Under the pieces are notes generated by a model that saw only the letters and a list, made by a program, of their open reading frames with translations, was not told the DNA's origin and made no database searches. This document shows positions 1-11,864 of a stretch of DNA of 33,000 bases, piece by piece. Each line of letters starts with the position of its first letter. Position 1 is the stretch's first letter. Location of the stretch: NCBI GenBank assembly GCA_965644265.1, contig OZ286473.1:30845001-30878000 (forward strand). Reading direction: 5' to 3'. A program made the position numbers and the translations under genes. The DNA is from Glycera tridactyla (Eukaryota).

Positions 1-299
1 ACATACATGGGTTGTATTAGTGACCTTAACATTCAGCCCCATGACGCCAAAATAACAATTGCATCATAGAACCCGGAACTTATGTGAAATAGATACTGAT
101 ATTGATATCATGGAGTATGTAAAGTTCCTATGATATCAAGTAGTATGAATCTGATTGACATATCTTCCATTAAAGAATTGAAAATGTTCATGTTCTCAAC
201 TTATAAACCCATGATATAAGCAGAAGCTGACATCAATGGGATAATCAGGGATGAACAGTTCAGAGTTAGTGGCAGCTGTTTCTACAACGGCCCCACTTA

Positions 300-730
300 T
301 GGGACTATAACTGAATCATCATCATGTTGACCAGGTTCACCAGGAAGTGAGTTGGCATTGTACTGCAAGCATACAGCATCCATACGTGTTAAGCTGGTTT
401 GAAGTTGACAGTTCCTGAATGAACACAATGATCAAGTATCTTTGGCAACAAAGCCTATTCCTCGTTTCCCGGCACTTTGCTTGAAATGAAAGTACTGCTA
501 TCCTGCTCCCAGTCAGTTACATACATAGATATGCCATCATTAATTCCATTATGTTCGTGTTGAATAGGTAGACGTGTGTCTAACAAGTCAGCTATTTTCA
601 ACTGACAATGTTTCAGGTTACTCTTCGTCTTGTGTCAGGGTTTGTGAGTGATGTCTGCAGGGAAGAGAACATCCATATCTCATCACCCAGGGATATCAAG
701 GAACACATGGCATACATAATCCTATGATAT
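300..730 (-). pseudogene. Copy of dispersed homologous segment (putative post-NACHT helical region of an NLR-like relic)
   Basis: The reverse complement shares blocks with 7561-7810, 22920-23190, 20740-20885 and 32660-32860. Examples are ggattatgtatgccatgtgttcct, ctgcagacatcact, aaccctga and ttgcagtacaatgc. All frames are interrupted by stops. The homology is seen directly; the NLR identity is inferred. Confidence 0.45.
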
Positions 731-797
731 ATACGGATATATGTGATATGTATGATTATTCGCTAATCCCATAACGTTATGCTCAAACAATAGTCTG

Positions 798-1163
798 CTA
801 TGGTGTCATCATCATCGTCGTCACCGCCGTTGTTGTCGTAATCATCGAAGCCATCATGGTCATCGTCATCACCACTTTCATCATAGTATTTGTTGAAGCC
901 ATCATCGTCGCTGTCGTCGTCAGTGTCGTCGTTGTCATTGTCATAATCATCGTCGTTGTCTTCATTATCACAACCGCACTCCTCCTTATTACACCATTTA
1001 TGTCATCGCCGTTGTCTTTGACATCGTTGTTGTAGTCGTCGTCATTATTATCATCGTTTTTGTCATCGTTGCAGTCGTTGTCATCGTCATTGACGTATTC
1101 AGCCGTCATCATCATATTTTCGTTTCCATCGATGTTGTCCTTCAGTAGCCGTGCTGTAAACAT
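798..1163. repeat. Degenerate (ATC/GTC/GTT)n trinucleotide array
   Basis: Runs of catcat, cgtcgt and tgttgt. The array explains the low-complexity ORF at 798..1163. Confidence 0.9.
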
Positions 1164-1660
1164 TCAAATTCAATTCGGAGCCAGTTTTATTTCGAATCCA
1201 ATCACTGTTATCAACTTTGCACAATTAAGATAGCATCACGAATGTAAGACACAAATGATCGATGAGGAACTCTCTGAAACAATTCATCACGCACCATCGT
1301 GATTCATGCTGACTTTGCGAACAGAAATTCCAGACATTTGCAATCATTCAACTATTGCAATCATTCAACTGTTCGTTTTACTCGTATGATCAGATTATGC
1401 TAGACATGAGTACAAGTTTTTAATATCATCACGAAAAATGAATGATTCGTTGTATTTGCACTGTTTGCGGTTGATAGATATACAGGATATGATGCTATTT
1501 GTCATGATATCAGGAACTTCTATTTCATCATAGATCAATTATTGTCATGGTCAATCATGGACGCTGTCACAATATGTATATGTTCATTCATTTATATTCA
1601 TTAATTTATCCACTATTCATTCATCCATCCATCCAGTCAATCACTCATTTATTGAATAAT

Positions 1661-1710
1661 GGGCAGGAGGTCTTTATGGAGAGGTGGTCTTTTTAGCAGG
1701 TTTGACTATA
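1661..1710. mobile_element. Terminal fragment of a Tc1/mariner-type MITE
   Basis: gaggtctttatggagaggtggtctttttagcaggtttgactata resembles the right end of the complete element at 9785-9959. Confidence 0.55.
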
Positions 1711-1782
1711 TGTGTGCATGGATGCATGTGTGTGTGTGCACGTGCAGAGGGAAGGAAAGGGTGTGTGTGTGTGTTCCTGCAG

Positions 1783-2330
1783 ATCAAACAAGTAGACGAT
1801 ATCAATGAAAGTTTTATAATGAAGAACAACAGAAGCATTGTCCATTACCCGTGAATCTTACATTACAATGAAAAGAAAGCCAGGGGAGAGTGAAACGCCT
1901 CACACCATACATACAGACTTGATGGTTTTGTCAAACTTTCTGTCTCAAAGAATACTGAAGATACAGATACGACGGAACACATGGACACAAATAATCTCCT
2001 TATTTCTAAAAAAACCCGAAATGTGTGGATCAAATGGCATGAGAGTTATGTCTTGTACATCTAAGCTGCATGGTGGTGACATCAATTGGCATCAATATCG
2101 TTTCTTGCACATGTGAACTTCATGGTGATGATGTATGTCAAGTTTTAATTCGATAGCTTGAAAACTGGAGAAGTCGTTCGCGATACACACTTTTTGCAGA
2201 CAGACTGTCAAACCACCTGACCGACCTACAGAGTGACTCAGATATACCCCATTCCAAACTTTGTTTGGCAGGGTATATTAATGGTCTCAAGTCGACTAAG
2301 AATGCTGTCTATCATCATGGTGGAAAGTGA
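1783..2330 (+). pseudogene. Decayed exon with a death-domain-like segment
   Basis: There is a splice-acceptor-like ttcctgcag ending at 1782. From 2043 the sequence reads ELCLVHLSCMVVTSIGINIVSCTCELHGDDVCQVLIR*LENWRSRSRYTLFADRLSNHLTDL, which fits the death-fold pattern LG..I..I...H..D...Q...ML..WR. An in-frame TAG lies at 2154-2156, and a frameshift separates this from the upstream NLLISKKTRNVWIKWHE. Confidence 0.45.
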
Positions 2331-2911
2331 TAGATTTACAGAATCCATGCATGTCACAAAGAAGACAACTCTGTTTCGAACCTCTATACTCCACCACTCT
2401 ACTTCACCCAGGAGTGATGGGATATTTGCTTTGACGGCGAAAATTGATTTTAGGAACACACCAAATAACCACTTAGGACGACGTTTATCAGGAGGAACAT
2501 AGAATTAGACCACTATATGAGCAATCACAATGAGGATTATCGCAATGAACATGAAGAATTACCACTATATGGGCATCGAAACATGGGTCATTATCCCGAT
2601 GGAAGTAATGAAACATAAATGACATCCACATACTCCCGGACACATTCTATCTGCTGTTGGAATCTGTTGTTCTGTGACAAGAGATACGAGTTTGTGGTAA
2701 AATTCAGGATCACACCAATCATTTATCTTTTTACCCCAATACATGCAATGCTGCCGACCCTATGACTTGAATAGTATGTTCTTCTGTAAACTCACGATTT
2801 TTTCTCTCACATGTTATCAAATTTGTAATTGCCATGTTTACTGATGTATTTGTTTCGTTCATTGAGAAAGGGAGATATGTGTTCCTGTAATACACCTTGC
2901 CCCAATTGATA

Positions 2912-2953
2912 TCTTATGAAGTCTTATGAAGTCGTATGAAGTCTTATGAAGTC
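2912..2953. repeat. 10-bp tandem repeat (TCTTATGAAG) x4
   Basis: tcttatgaag tcttatgaag tcgtatgaag tcttatgaag. Confidence 0.9.
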
Positions 2954-3884
2954 AAACTCACATTCTAAACCTCACCAGAGAGGAACTCACCTGAAACAAA
3001 AAACAAAACAATTTCAATGAATTTTCATTCCAAAATACACCATCGGAAAATACAAATCACACTCTCAGAAACCATCCGATTTCTGACTCTCAAACCTGGC
3101 ACCATCAACTAGTATTTGAAGGAGTCACCTGATGAAATAGCCCGCCTGTATAGGATCCAGAAGATGTTCGGTGGAATATCACTCTATTATACATTATATT
3201 ATGTTAGTTAAGTTGCTATAATGCACCTGCCATGTGAGTTATATCGTCTTTTGTGTCAACATATGCTGTGGATGTGTGTATGGGATACCTTCTTATAGAA
3301 AATAAGGTTTTTGAAGCCATGTGAAGGCAAACTGTCTTATGCGCTGAGCAGCTACGCACACTCCCACCAGGGGCACACTCCACCATACACACATACACCA
3401 AGAGATCCAGCTGAACAATTTCGAGGGTCAAAGCGTTTATATTTTGAATGATAGTATTTCTTGTGAATCAGTATTATTCAGAAGCGTTGTGATATAATAT
3501 GTCATGTCATAGAAGTATTCGGACAAATTCCTGTCCCACCTGCCTGCCTGCCTGTTTGTCTATTTGTGTGAAAATGAATTCTGAAATTGTGGCTTCAGTA
3601 CAAATGGATGATTCATCATGTCCTACTTTGAGAGGTGTGAATGTCTAGCGTGCTCAATCAGATAACTCACACATGATTGGTGTTGATGAATCATTACGTA
3701 TGCATACATGGGTGGTGCCTTCTAGCACCATGCAGCTCTGATTGCTTCCTGCCCAGTGCCCCAATGAGATGGGGGTGTGAACTAAAATTGGAATGCTTGG
3801 TAAAACGATCATTGCAGACATGCTCTGTTTCATGATCTGGTCCCAGTTGAAAATATGCTCATATTCGGAATACTGTACAGTCAC

Positions 3885-4055
3885 CTGTCTGACTGTGTGC
3901 TGTCTGTCTATGAGTCTCTGTGTTAATATGTGTCTGTCTGTCTGCCTGTTTGTCTATCTGTCTGTTTACCTCTCTGCCTGTTTAACACTCTGTCTGTCTG
4001 TCTGTTTAACTCTCTATCTGTTCGACACCCTGTCTGTCTGCCTTGCTGTCTGCCT
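3885..4055. repeat. Degenerate (TCTG)n microsatellite
   Basis: Repeated ctgtctgtct units. Confidence 0.9.
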
Positions 4056-4739
4056 GAATCTGATAAGTGGGTATTCATTGTAAGGGAATACAATGAAGAA
4101 TTACACTCGATTGGGCTGTTTTCTCTGCGTCCACTTTGATCCACACAGTCGTGGATATCGGTATTGAAAACTCGCTTCTGCCACTACCATACCGAGACAG
4201 CCTGATATGCAGGGGCCCATTTTGCATTTCCTCTGAAATAGGACTCAAGACTTTACTCGAGTTCCTTCTCCTTCCTCTAGATCAGTGGAAATGGCACCCA
4301 CTTTTCAAACATCCTTGCTCAGATGATAGTGCTATCTCTGAAGAGTCTATGGCACTGCGTCAAGTGGGTGGGTGGGGGGGGGGGCGCTGGATTGATTATC
4401 AAACCTAGCCCCTAAGGGCATAGTTCGATAGAGATACTGCACCACCCCCTGGCGCAAGTACCAACAGCCCAACTTACCCGGGTTAGCACGTTTCACATCA
4501 TTTGGCGCTTTCACAAACACTGAGGAAACCAGCTCGCTTGATCAGCTCTTATGGTCTATGTCACCACTGGAGGGGAATCTCCATCAAGCTACGCCCTCAG
4601 GGGCTAGGTTTTATAATGGAACAGATCACATCACATTTACGATACAGGGTGCATACACGGGTAAATTTTCCAAGGCGACCATTGGCCACCACTCAGGGTA
4701 ATCAACATGATTTATCCCAGAAAGGCATGACTTTTCCTG

Positions 4740-5200
4740 TCTGTTCAACCTTCCAGCCTATTGCCCACATAATGAGTCTCCCACAATGAATCTGCACAAT
4801 CTGATAAATGGACCCAACGTTCTCGAATTCTCGATAGACTGTCTGCAACTGCATTTTTCATCGTTGGAAATATATGAAATGGTCATGTTATCTCGAACTT
4901 GTTGAGTAGGCAGAGGTGTTGCTGAACTGTCAGCTACATCCATTTACAGACCCTCGGGTTACCTATAATCTTGTGTTCAGTGTTCGTGTGAGTGTTGCCT
5001 GCAGGAGACATATCATCTAGCTTTTATTGACCCGGAAAACATGGCATGCCTAATCCTCTGGGTTAATACATGCCGTTAAACATCAAACGATCAATCAATT
5101 GACGATGTCCTACTGATCCCTCATAATGCATATAGGCACTGGTCACAAAGATGTCACCAACTTGATCATGCTGGATAAATGATGCTCAATGCATGTTGGA
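4740..5200 (-). pseudogene. Copy of dispersed homologous segment
   Basis: Plus-strand 4890-5100 aligns by eye with 550-730 (gttgagtagg..gtcagcta..ggttac..cttgtgttcag..gcctgcagg..catggcat..aatcct). It also matches the reverse complement of 22920-23060 (gccgttaaac). Confidence 0.5.
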
Positions 5201-5459
5201 GAGCCACTAGAGCCTGGCCACCTCCTAATGTAGAGCACATGACGACTCCAATTTTTTTACTGGGGACAAATTGGGTGCAGAAATTCCGAAGCAAAAATCG
5301 GATGTTGTCAGCACTTTTTATTCACTCTCTGTAATCGAGGTTAGAGTCCAAGGCATGTGAATACATGAATTATAGACCCACAACCGGATACGAGAACGAT
5401 GCTCACCATGAATATTTCATGGTGAAATTGTGTCCCTGAACTTCTCATGCATGTCTGTG

Positions 5460-5800
5460 GTAGTTTTTATAAACACAATCATCAATCATAATCATCACCT
5501 TCGTTGTTTTTTTCATTATCTCATCCTCATCACGATCTTTCAATATCACCAATATTATCATCATTATTATCAACATCATCACCATTAATGTTATCATTAT
5601 ATCATATATTCTCGTGATATAATTATTATTATTATCATTTTCATTACCAATAATTGTTATCAATAAGTGGGAGGAATAGATATTAGGAAAACTATCGGTT
5701 AGATTGCAGAGTCACCCCATTTCGGTCAATATTATCATCATTATCATTATTATTATCGTATCTAGTAGCATTTATGATAATAATGATGATTATAATGATA
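5460..5800. repeat. Degenerate (ATC/ATT)n array
   Basis: Runs of atcatc and attatt. Confidence 0.85.
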
Positions 5801-6499
5801 TTTGTGAGAAAAGAATTATTATGTGCTTGGGAATACTTTTCACGTAATGCATGTTATATTCCATGTCACTAGCCATTATGTTCTGTTCCACTTTCACTTG
5901 TCATTGAATTCCTAAAAGCCAATTGCTGTCATTGCTGTAGTGACCATATGATGTTGACGAAGAGATGAATCAACTAATAGAGTCAGGCAGCTCGACACAC
6001 TGTTGATGCTTTCAATCACCACGAATCTGCGGGGAGAACCAAGATACCAGAAGACTCCTGCAACCAAAAGCAGTCTCCGCAAATCGCATTGCATCACCTA
6101 TGGAAATGAGCCCCATGAGTGCTGTTCTGATAGGTTATATCATCTCAGACCATATTGAATTTTCAGCAGGTCAAACAGAAGTCCATTCTGGATACCACTG
6201 GGAGGTCATTAGTTATGCTACAAATAGGATAAGTAGAGAAGTGAGAGTACATATTCTGCAGCTAATGGGCCGTATTATTCGGATCGGATGAAGTCCTTAT
6301 ATTATATGTAACGTCTTCTGATGCCACGTGCTCCTTCCATCCATCATCTCTATTTGATTATTTTGCTGATACCGACGTGACTCCATCGCCCTATATGAAT
6401 ATTGTGTTGAATTAATACAGAGAAGGCCCAGTGTTGCCTCAATGATTTCTGGCCTCAACTTCTCATGTTGTGTGGTGTAGTGGTATCATCTTCAGTTCA

Positions 6500-7830
6500 A
6501 TGTAAAAGGGTGTTGGAGCTCAAAACGCGGAAAGAAGTTGATGATGTGGGAGCCAAACTGAGATCTGAAAACCTGAGATATGAAAGTCAGTGGTGGCGCT
6601 GTAATAAGTGACTAAAAACGGCTCTCTTATCTTGATATAAATCTTCCCCCATATAAATCGCAGACAGCTCATATTAGTCGACTTTAAGATCCTGATAGAC
6701 TGATCATCATGCAGGCATTGTATGTTCATTAGGGTTATATCTATCATTATATTATGATAGACCACCCGAGCTATGGCTGCAGCTGTATTGCTTCGGTTTT
6801 AGATGGGAAGACCAGCCAAAGATGGCAACAGTTTCGTCTTTTCAACAAATGATGGCATATCTTCTCCAGCACCATGTACACTACACGAAATCATGTTCGA
6901 TGATCACTGGGGCTTCACCAAAATCCAGTCACGTCATTGAAACTGATCTGAAGAGGGATGACACTTCAATCATATGAAACTGCCTGTCATGTTCGTAGTT
7001 GACAAACTTCCGTAAACATGGCATTGAGGTAAGCTAACACCAGTACAATAACAAAAAATAAATCAATCAATAACAGCAGCATGAGGGAAGAACACACGTG
7101 TTTGGCATGCAAGTTTATGCCGTTTGTGGTTATCTCTGAATCAGTCTAGACAGAAGATTCTATTCGCTGGGGTTTATGTCACTTGTCGTTTTTGATCATC
7201 TGTAGAACCATTAGCGGACCAAAGTACAGATAATTGGCACTGCAAACTGTCATGTCTGCCAGGGACTATTTCCCTTATATATCTTCTCCGTTGAGCGGTG
7301 TTGAATTTCGAATTTGATTCTCCTCTTCAGATCACATCAGAATATTGAAACATGAAATAAAGATGTAACTGACAAACCATGTCATTCCATCATGTGAATC
7401 AGTGAGCTCATTTATGCAATTGTTGGCTTTTTTACACCTGTTATTTTGTTCAGCATCCTTCCCCTGTATCATTCAAGGAGGCCTGTGAGTTGATGCCTCA
7501 TGGCTTATCTCCTCCTCCACATTTAATTGCTTGGATGATGTTTGGAGGCATGTATAGATCCAGAGGATTAAGTATGCCATGTGTTCCTGGTCGATGACAG
7601 CTAGATGTTCTGTCTGCCACAGACATCACTCTCACTAGCCCGAAACACCAGATGATGGCGAACCTGGAAGGTTGTTAAGTGGAAATAACCGAAAGTCTAT
7701 ACATATCTTTACCAATTTATCATCAACATAACGAGCCTACCAAGTGCATAACTAACTATATGACTGGCTGGAAGCTGACACTCTAGCTTGATAGCAATGC
7801 TTTCATTTTGATCTAAGCCTTCACTAAGTC
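6500..7830 (+). pseudogene. Decayed NACHT-like NTPase region (NLR-like relic)
   Basis: Motifs appear in the expected order across frameshifts. A P-loop-like VSGGAVISD lies at 6586-6612 and a Walker-B-like CTLHEIMFDDHW at 6875-6910. A sensor-1-like NCLSCS*LTNFRKH lies near 6975-7020 and FMQLLAFLHLLFC near 7410-7450. The dispersed-family copy follows at 7561-7810. Confidence 0.35.
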
Positions 7831-8469
7831 ACCTGAATAACTGCAGAGATCTATATCCACGTTTCGCTTAATGTATTCAAAACTAAAACCAGAGATCGGT
7901 CAACTAAAGTGTAATGGATACAAACCTCAATGTTTCGATCTCAGAGTTATACAAATAGGATGGCGTTAAGTGGGTGTACCCACTAAACCAAATCTCCCGA
8001 CTGGAAACATGGCTTACTTTCAGGGGGGCACATAAAACTGGGATATGTGGATATGTGGAACAGCCCCCTTTCAAACTTAGTTTGATAGGGTTTGTCAATC
8101 TTTCACCGATGGGCCAATTTCCCAAAAGAATGTTGACAATAGTGTGAACATGGGATTGATTGACATGTCATCCACTGCATGAGAAAGCTTTACGCTGTGA
8201 ACATTGGATGAGTTCATTGATACCACAGATTAGAGGTCACTTGCATTAAGCAGCCAGTCCATCAATAGGCTGCACTCTCCTCTGTAAACATGGACAGTTT
8301 CCGACAACTGTCATGTTGGGCACACGGTACTCGGGCCTTGATATGGAGAGGCCGTTACATGACATGTCCCTGTATACAAGAACAGACAGTTTGACACTTC
8401 ATCGTGTCAGTGTGAGCAAGATGGATGTATTCGCTCTACCTACTCTACCTGCGAACAACACACCCAAGG

Positions 8470-8500
<31 letters not shown>

Positions 8501-8650
8501 GCCGCAGCATTTGCATCATCTGCATTGTCTGCTTCATCTCTATCTTTACCATCATCACCACCACCATCACCCTTACCATCATTATCACCATCATGATTGA
8601 TCCCATGAATATCACAATCACCATCAACATCACCATAATCGTCGACTACA
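8470..8650. repeat. (CAT/CAC)n array
   Basis: catcatcat runs produce the poly-His, poly-Ile and poly-Met ORFs in three frames. Confidence 0.9.
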
Positions 8651-8819
8651 TCAACTAAGGATTCATGTCTTTGTCCAGGATACCTCCTCACTGTGTAATC
8701 ACCTGTATATTCCTAATAGTAAGGATTAAGAAATATGATAATCATCAATGTAATAATAGTGAATGTCGAGCATAAGATGATGTTGAGTGTGGAGAGTCTG
8801 AGATGATCCTTCTATATGA

Positions 8820-9010
8820 AATATGTCAATACATGTGAATCAGTCTCCCAAACCTTGAACACAAGATGATGAAGAACTCGAAATGTCATCAAATAGAAGT
8901 AGCTGACAAATTTATACGCACCGCTGTGGAACTCACATGATCATATGGACCCTGATGATAGCATTTCTGAACATGTGACTGGCTGGAGCTGACACCCATG
9001 CCCACCAGGC
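8820..9010 (+). pseudogene. Partial copy of dispersed homologous segment
   Basis: aaaccttgaacacaagatgatg..gtagctgacaaa..gtgactggctggagctgacac matches 20820-20880, 7770-7790 and 23150-23175. Confidence 0.5.
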
Positions 9011-9784
9011 GAGTAAAGGTGATTCGTGTTCATCTGATGTACACAAACTAAGGATTCCTGTCTTTGTCCAGGCCACCGGCCAAAGTGTCCAAATAATGGA
9101 CAATATGATACTCATAAGATTGATAATAGGGAATGTTGAATCTGAAGTGATCATAATATTCAAATCATGTCAATACATGAGAATCAATCCCTCCAAAAAC
9201 GAAAAACGATGTTCAAGATTGGTAATCAAAGTCAACCAGAGATGATTGAACGACACAGCAGTGATGACGGCTGATGGTCTCCCCATGCATCAGATGGTTA
9301 GATAAGGAACAGGGCAATAATACTGGGTTATGTGTGTGTATTAACGACAACTTCTGACGTGGTATTACCTGATAAATCATGCCCGAATGTCAATTATGAA
9401 GCCAGCTGGGATGACATTAGTCAGATGGTGTCATTAGCCCCACGAAAAAAAAACACTTCCACTCACTCACATAAACGCACGCACATGTACAAGACACCAT
9501 GGAAACGAGTAGAATGACTCATATTCATATTATATGTTGAGTACCTCTTCCACCAAAAAATGATATGAAAATGATGAATAAAGACATCAGCGATACTGAG
9601 TATGTATTGAATTGAATTAAAGGAAATTCATTCACAATGGCTTGACAAATCATTTTACATGCGTCGGTGGACATAAAATTAAACAATGAAGTTGGCAGGT
9701 ATACAGGGAACAAGACGACGCAATAGACACACATTGAGGTCAAGACTATCTGACAAAAGATGCATCAGAGATCACATAGATATA

Positions 9785-9959
9785 CAGTCGAACCTCTCTA
9801 TAAATATCGCCTTCGGTCGCATCAAAAAGTGACTTTTATAGTTTGTGGTCTTTAGAGAGGTCATTTACTGTTGAAAATACTACCATGGTCTTAGCTCAGG
9901 TAGGCCTTTAAAGAGGGCTGGTCTTTATAGAAAGGAGGCCCTTGGAGGAGGTTCGACTG
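9785..9959. mobile_element. Complete 175-bp Tc1/mariner (pogo/Tigger-like) MITE
   Basis: The terminal inverted repeats are CAGTCGAACCTC and GAGGTTCGACTG. TA target-site duplications flank it at 9783-9784 and 9960-9961. It has no coding capacity. Confidence 0.85.
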
Positions 9960-10289
9960 TACTAGGATATTTGGACAAGATATACTGTTGTATTGTTGAG
10001 AAAAAAGACAGGTTTGTCACATTATGTTGGCGCCTGGTCATTCCACAAACTCCACATATATTTTCAACGGACTACTCATCAGAAATTTGGAGTCACGATT
10101 CTCATGGCCAGAGTAGGATTGATATTGAAACACTCAATCAGTGCGCATGTCACTTATAATCTGCATGATAATTCGAACATGTTTTCGATTACCCTCTGTT
10201 GAAATTACTTTCTAAAATTTGATAGTTGTGTAACAATCTTGCTGCAACGTTGGGCATAATAGATTTTTTTTCTGAAAGTTGATGCCGAG

Positions 10290-10985
10290 AGGCTGACTTG
10301 CCTTCTCTCAATCTCTTTTGCTCCTTGTCTTTTTATCCCTGTTCTTTCACTCTCTCGTCCCTCTTCCTCTCCATCTCCTCTCTCACTCCCTTTCCCATTG
10401 ACACTCTTTTTCCCTCTCCTCCTCTCGCTATCTCATCGTGTCTTTTCACCAACCCCCTATCTGTCACCCCTCTCTCCACCCTCTGTCATCTGTTCATTGT
10501 CCTCTCCATTTCTTCTCAGCTCCCTCTTTTTTCTCCCTCATCTGCTTGTCTACTCTCTCCCATAATTCTATGTTCGATCATTGGCATTTTATGTTTCTGA
10601 ATGGCATTCAGAATACACTCTCGGACAACTCCTTCTTTTTACCTTTCTCTTTCTTCCTCTCTTCCTACTCACTCACCCGAGGGCCCTCTCTCTCCCTCTC
10701 TTTTTCTCACTCCTGCATCCTCGCGCTCTCTTAATCTGTGTTCCCTTCTCTCCCTGCTGACCATGTCGGTATTTCTGTCTATATTTCTGTTTGCCTTTGT
10801 ATATGTCGGTGTAGGTGTGTCTGTTTGACTGACTGCCGCTCTTTCTATCTCTATCCATCTCTCTGTTTCTCTCATTCCCTTCCTCGTTTCATCTCATTCG
10901 CGCTCTCTATCTCCCTTATTCTCCCTTCTCTCTCCTCTCTTTACTTGTCTCACTATCCCCTCTTTCTTTCATCCCCTGCTTCTCA
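10290..10985. repeat. CT-rich polypyrimidine low-complexity tract
   Basis: Degenerate (CT)n and (CTT)n sequence. Confidence 0.85.
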
Positions 10986-11039
10986 CGCTTCACATACTAT
11001 GTCGTTATATGGCATTGTAAGCGCCCACAGTGCTTCCTA

Positions 11040-11165
11040 GTGGTGAGTAATATAAGCACAGACTGAGTGGCGCACACACACGACTTCCTCTCTCTCTCTC
11101 TCACAGATGTAAACATAAGGGCATCTGATGTCATATCAGTACATTGAATGCAGTCATCTCTATGG
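11040..11165 (+). repeat. Direct repeat, copy 1 (pairs with 11865-11985)
   Basis: Shared blocks include taagcac.gactgagtggc, cgacttcctctctct, agatgt.aaca, gatgtcatatc and cattgaatg. Confidence 0.8.
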
Positions 11166-11639
11166 AGATCCCTTTGGAGAAACTGGTTCATCCCACCATA
11201 CCCAGTGACCAAAGAAGCCAATCCGCACCCTTATGAACATAAAATGTATAAAATACATATGAGCATGACCACAGTGTAAAATTATGAATTCCAGTCAAGA
11301 ATTATAGTCCTATCTCCTCATGATATTGATGCCTCAATCACCAGATTTATGTACCATGTGCTTGCATTCATGTACCACACGCCTGTGCTATGTACCCAGT
11401 GCTTGTGTTGAGACTTGATTGTTAATATCTGTGTTCTATGTTATGTTTGTCCTGTGATGTTATATGTTCCTGTGTCCTGTAGTCACTTGTGTTTGATGTA
11501 GATCCATATGTCTTGTTTTTGTTTTTCTCTGTATTTGGAACAAATTGCTTTGTAATGTAACCAAAGTGCAGTTCTAATGAAGTTCAATTCATTCACATCA
11601 TGACGCGTTTGTGTCCAGCCACATCGACCGCGTCTACCT

Positions 11640-11860
11640 TCGTCTGTCTCTGCCTCTGTCTCTGTCATTGTCCCTGTCCCTGTCCCTGTCCCTATCCCTA
11701 TCCCTGTCCCTGTCTCTGTCTGTCTGTCAGTTTTTCTGTCTGTTAGTCTCTCTCTGTGTTTGTTTGTTACTCTCTCTCTGTCTCTCTCTCCTTCTCTCTC
11801 TCTTTCTCTATCTCTCTCTCTATCTCTCTCTCTCTCTCTCTGTCCTTTTCTCTCTTTTCC
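11640..11860. repeat. Compound (TCCCTG)n / (TCTG)n / (CT)n microsatellite
   Basis: Read directly from the sequence. Confidence 0.9.
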
Positions 11861-11864
11861 CCCA

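Noticed and set aside
798-1163. 121-aa ORF and the other His-, Thr-, Val-, Met-, Ser/Leu- or Arg/Glu-rich ORFs in the track
   Set aside because: They are translations of microsatellites and are open in several frames only because the repeats lack stop codons.
3216-3884. Two minus-strand exons with plausible splice sites (3805-3670 and 3411-3229)
   Set aside because: Joining them in the phase implied by the donor gives in-frame stops, and no recognisable domain results.
4970-5100. SINE call for the family, based on the tail-like gccgttaaacatcaaacgatcaatcaat
   Set aside because: Homology among the copies extends hundreds of bases to both sides of this point, and there is no tRNA head or target-site duplication. 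It is not an element end.
4100-5300. DIRS/LTR retrotransposon RNase H, suggested by minus-strand HIFPTMKNAVADSLSR and ALVALQHAL
   Set aside because: The motif lies inside a copy of the dispersed family whose other copies do not keep the H..G..N..AD.LSR pattern. I found no convincing RT (YxDD) or tyrosine-recombinase motif, so this is probably coincidental.
5930-6300. ZU5/UPA-like segment (YHWEVISY..EVRVHIL)
   Set aside because: The resemblance rests on a few residues and conflicts with the NACHT-like reading just downstream, so it cannot be supported.
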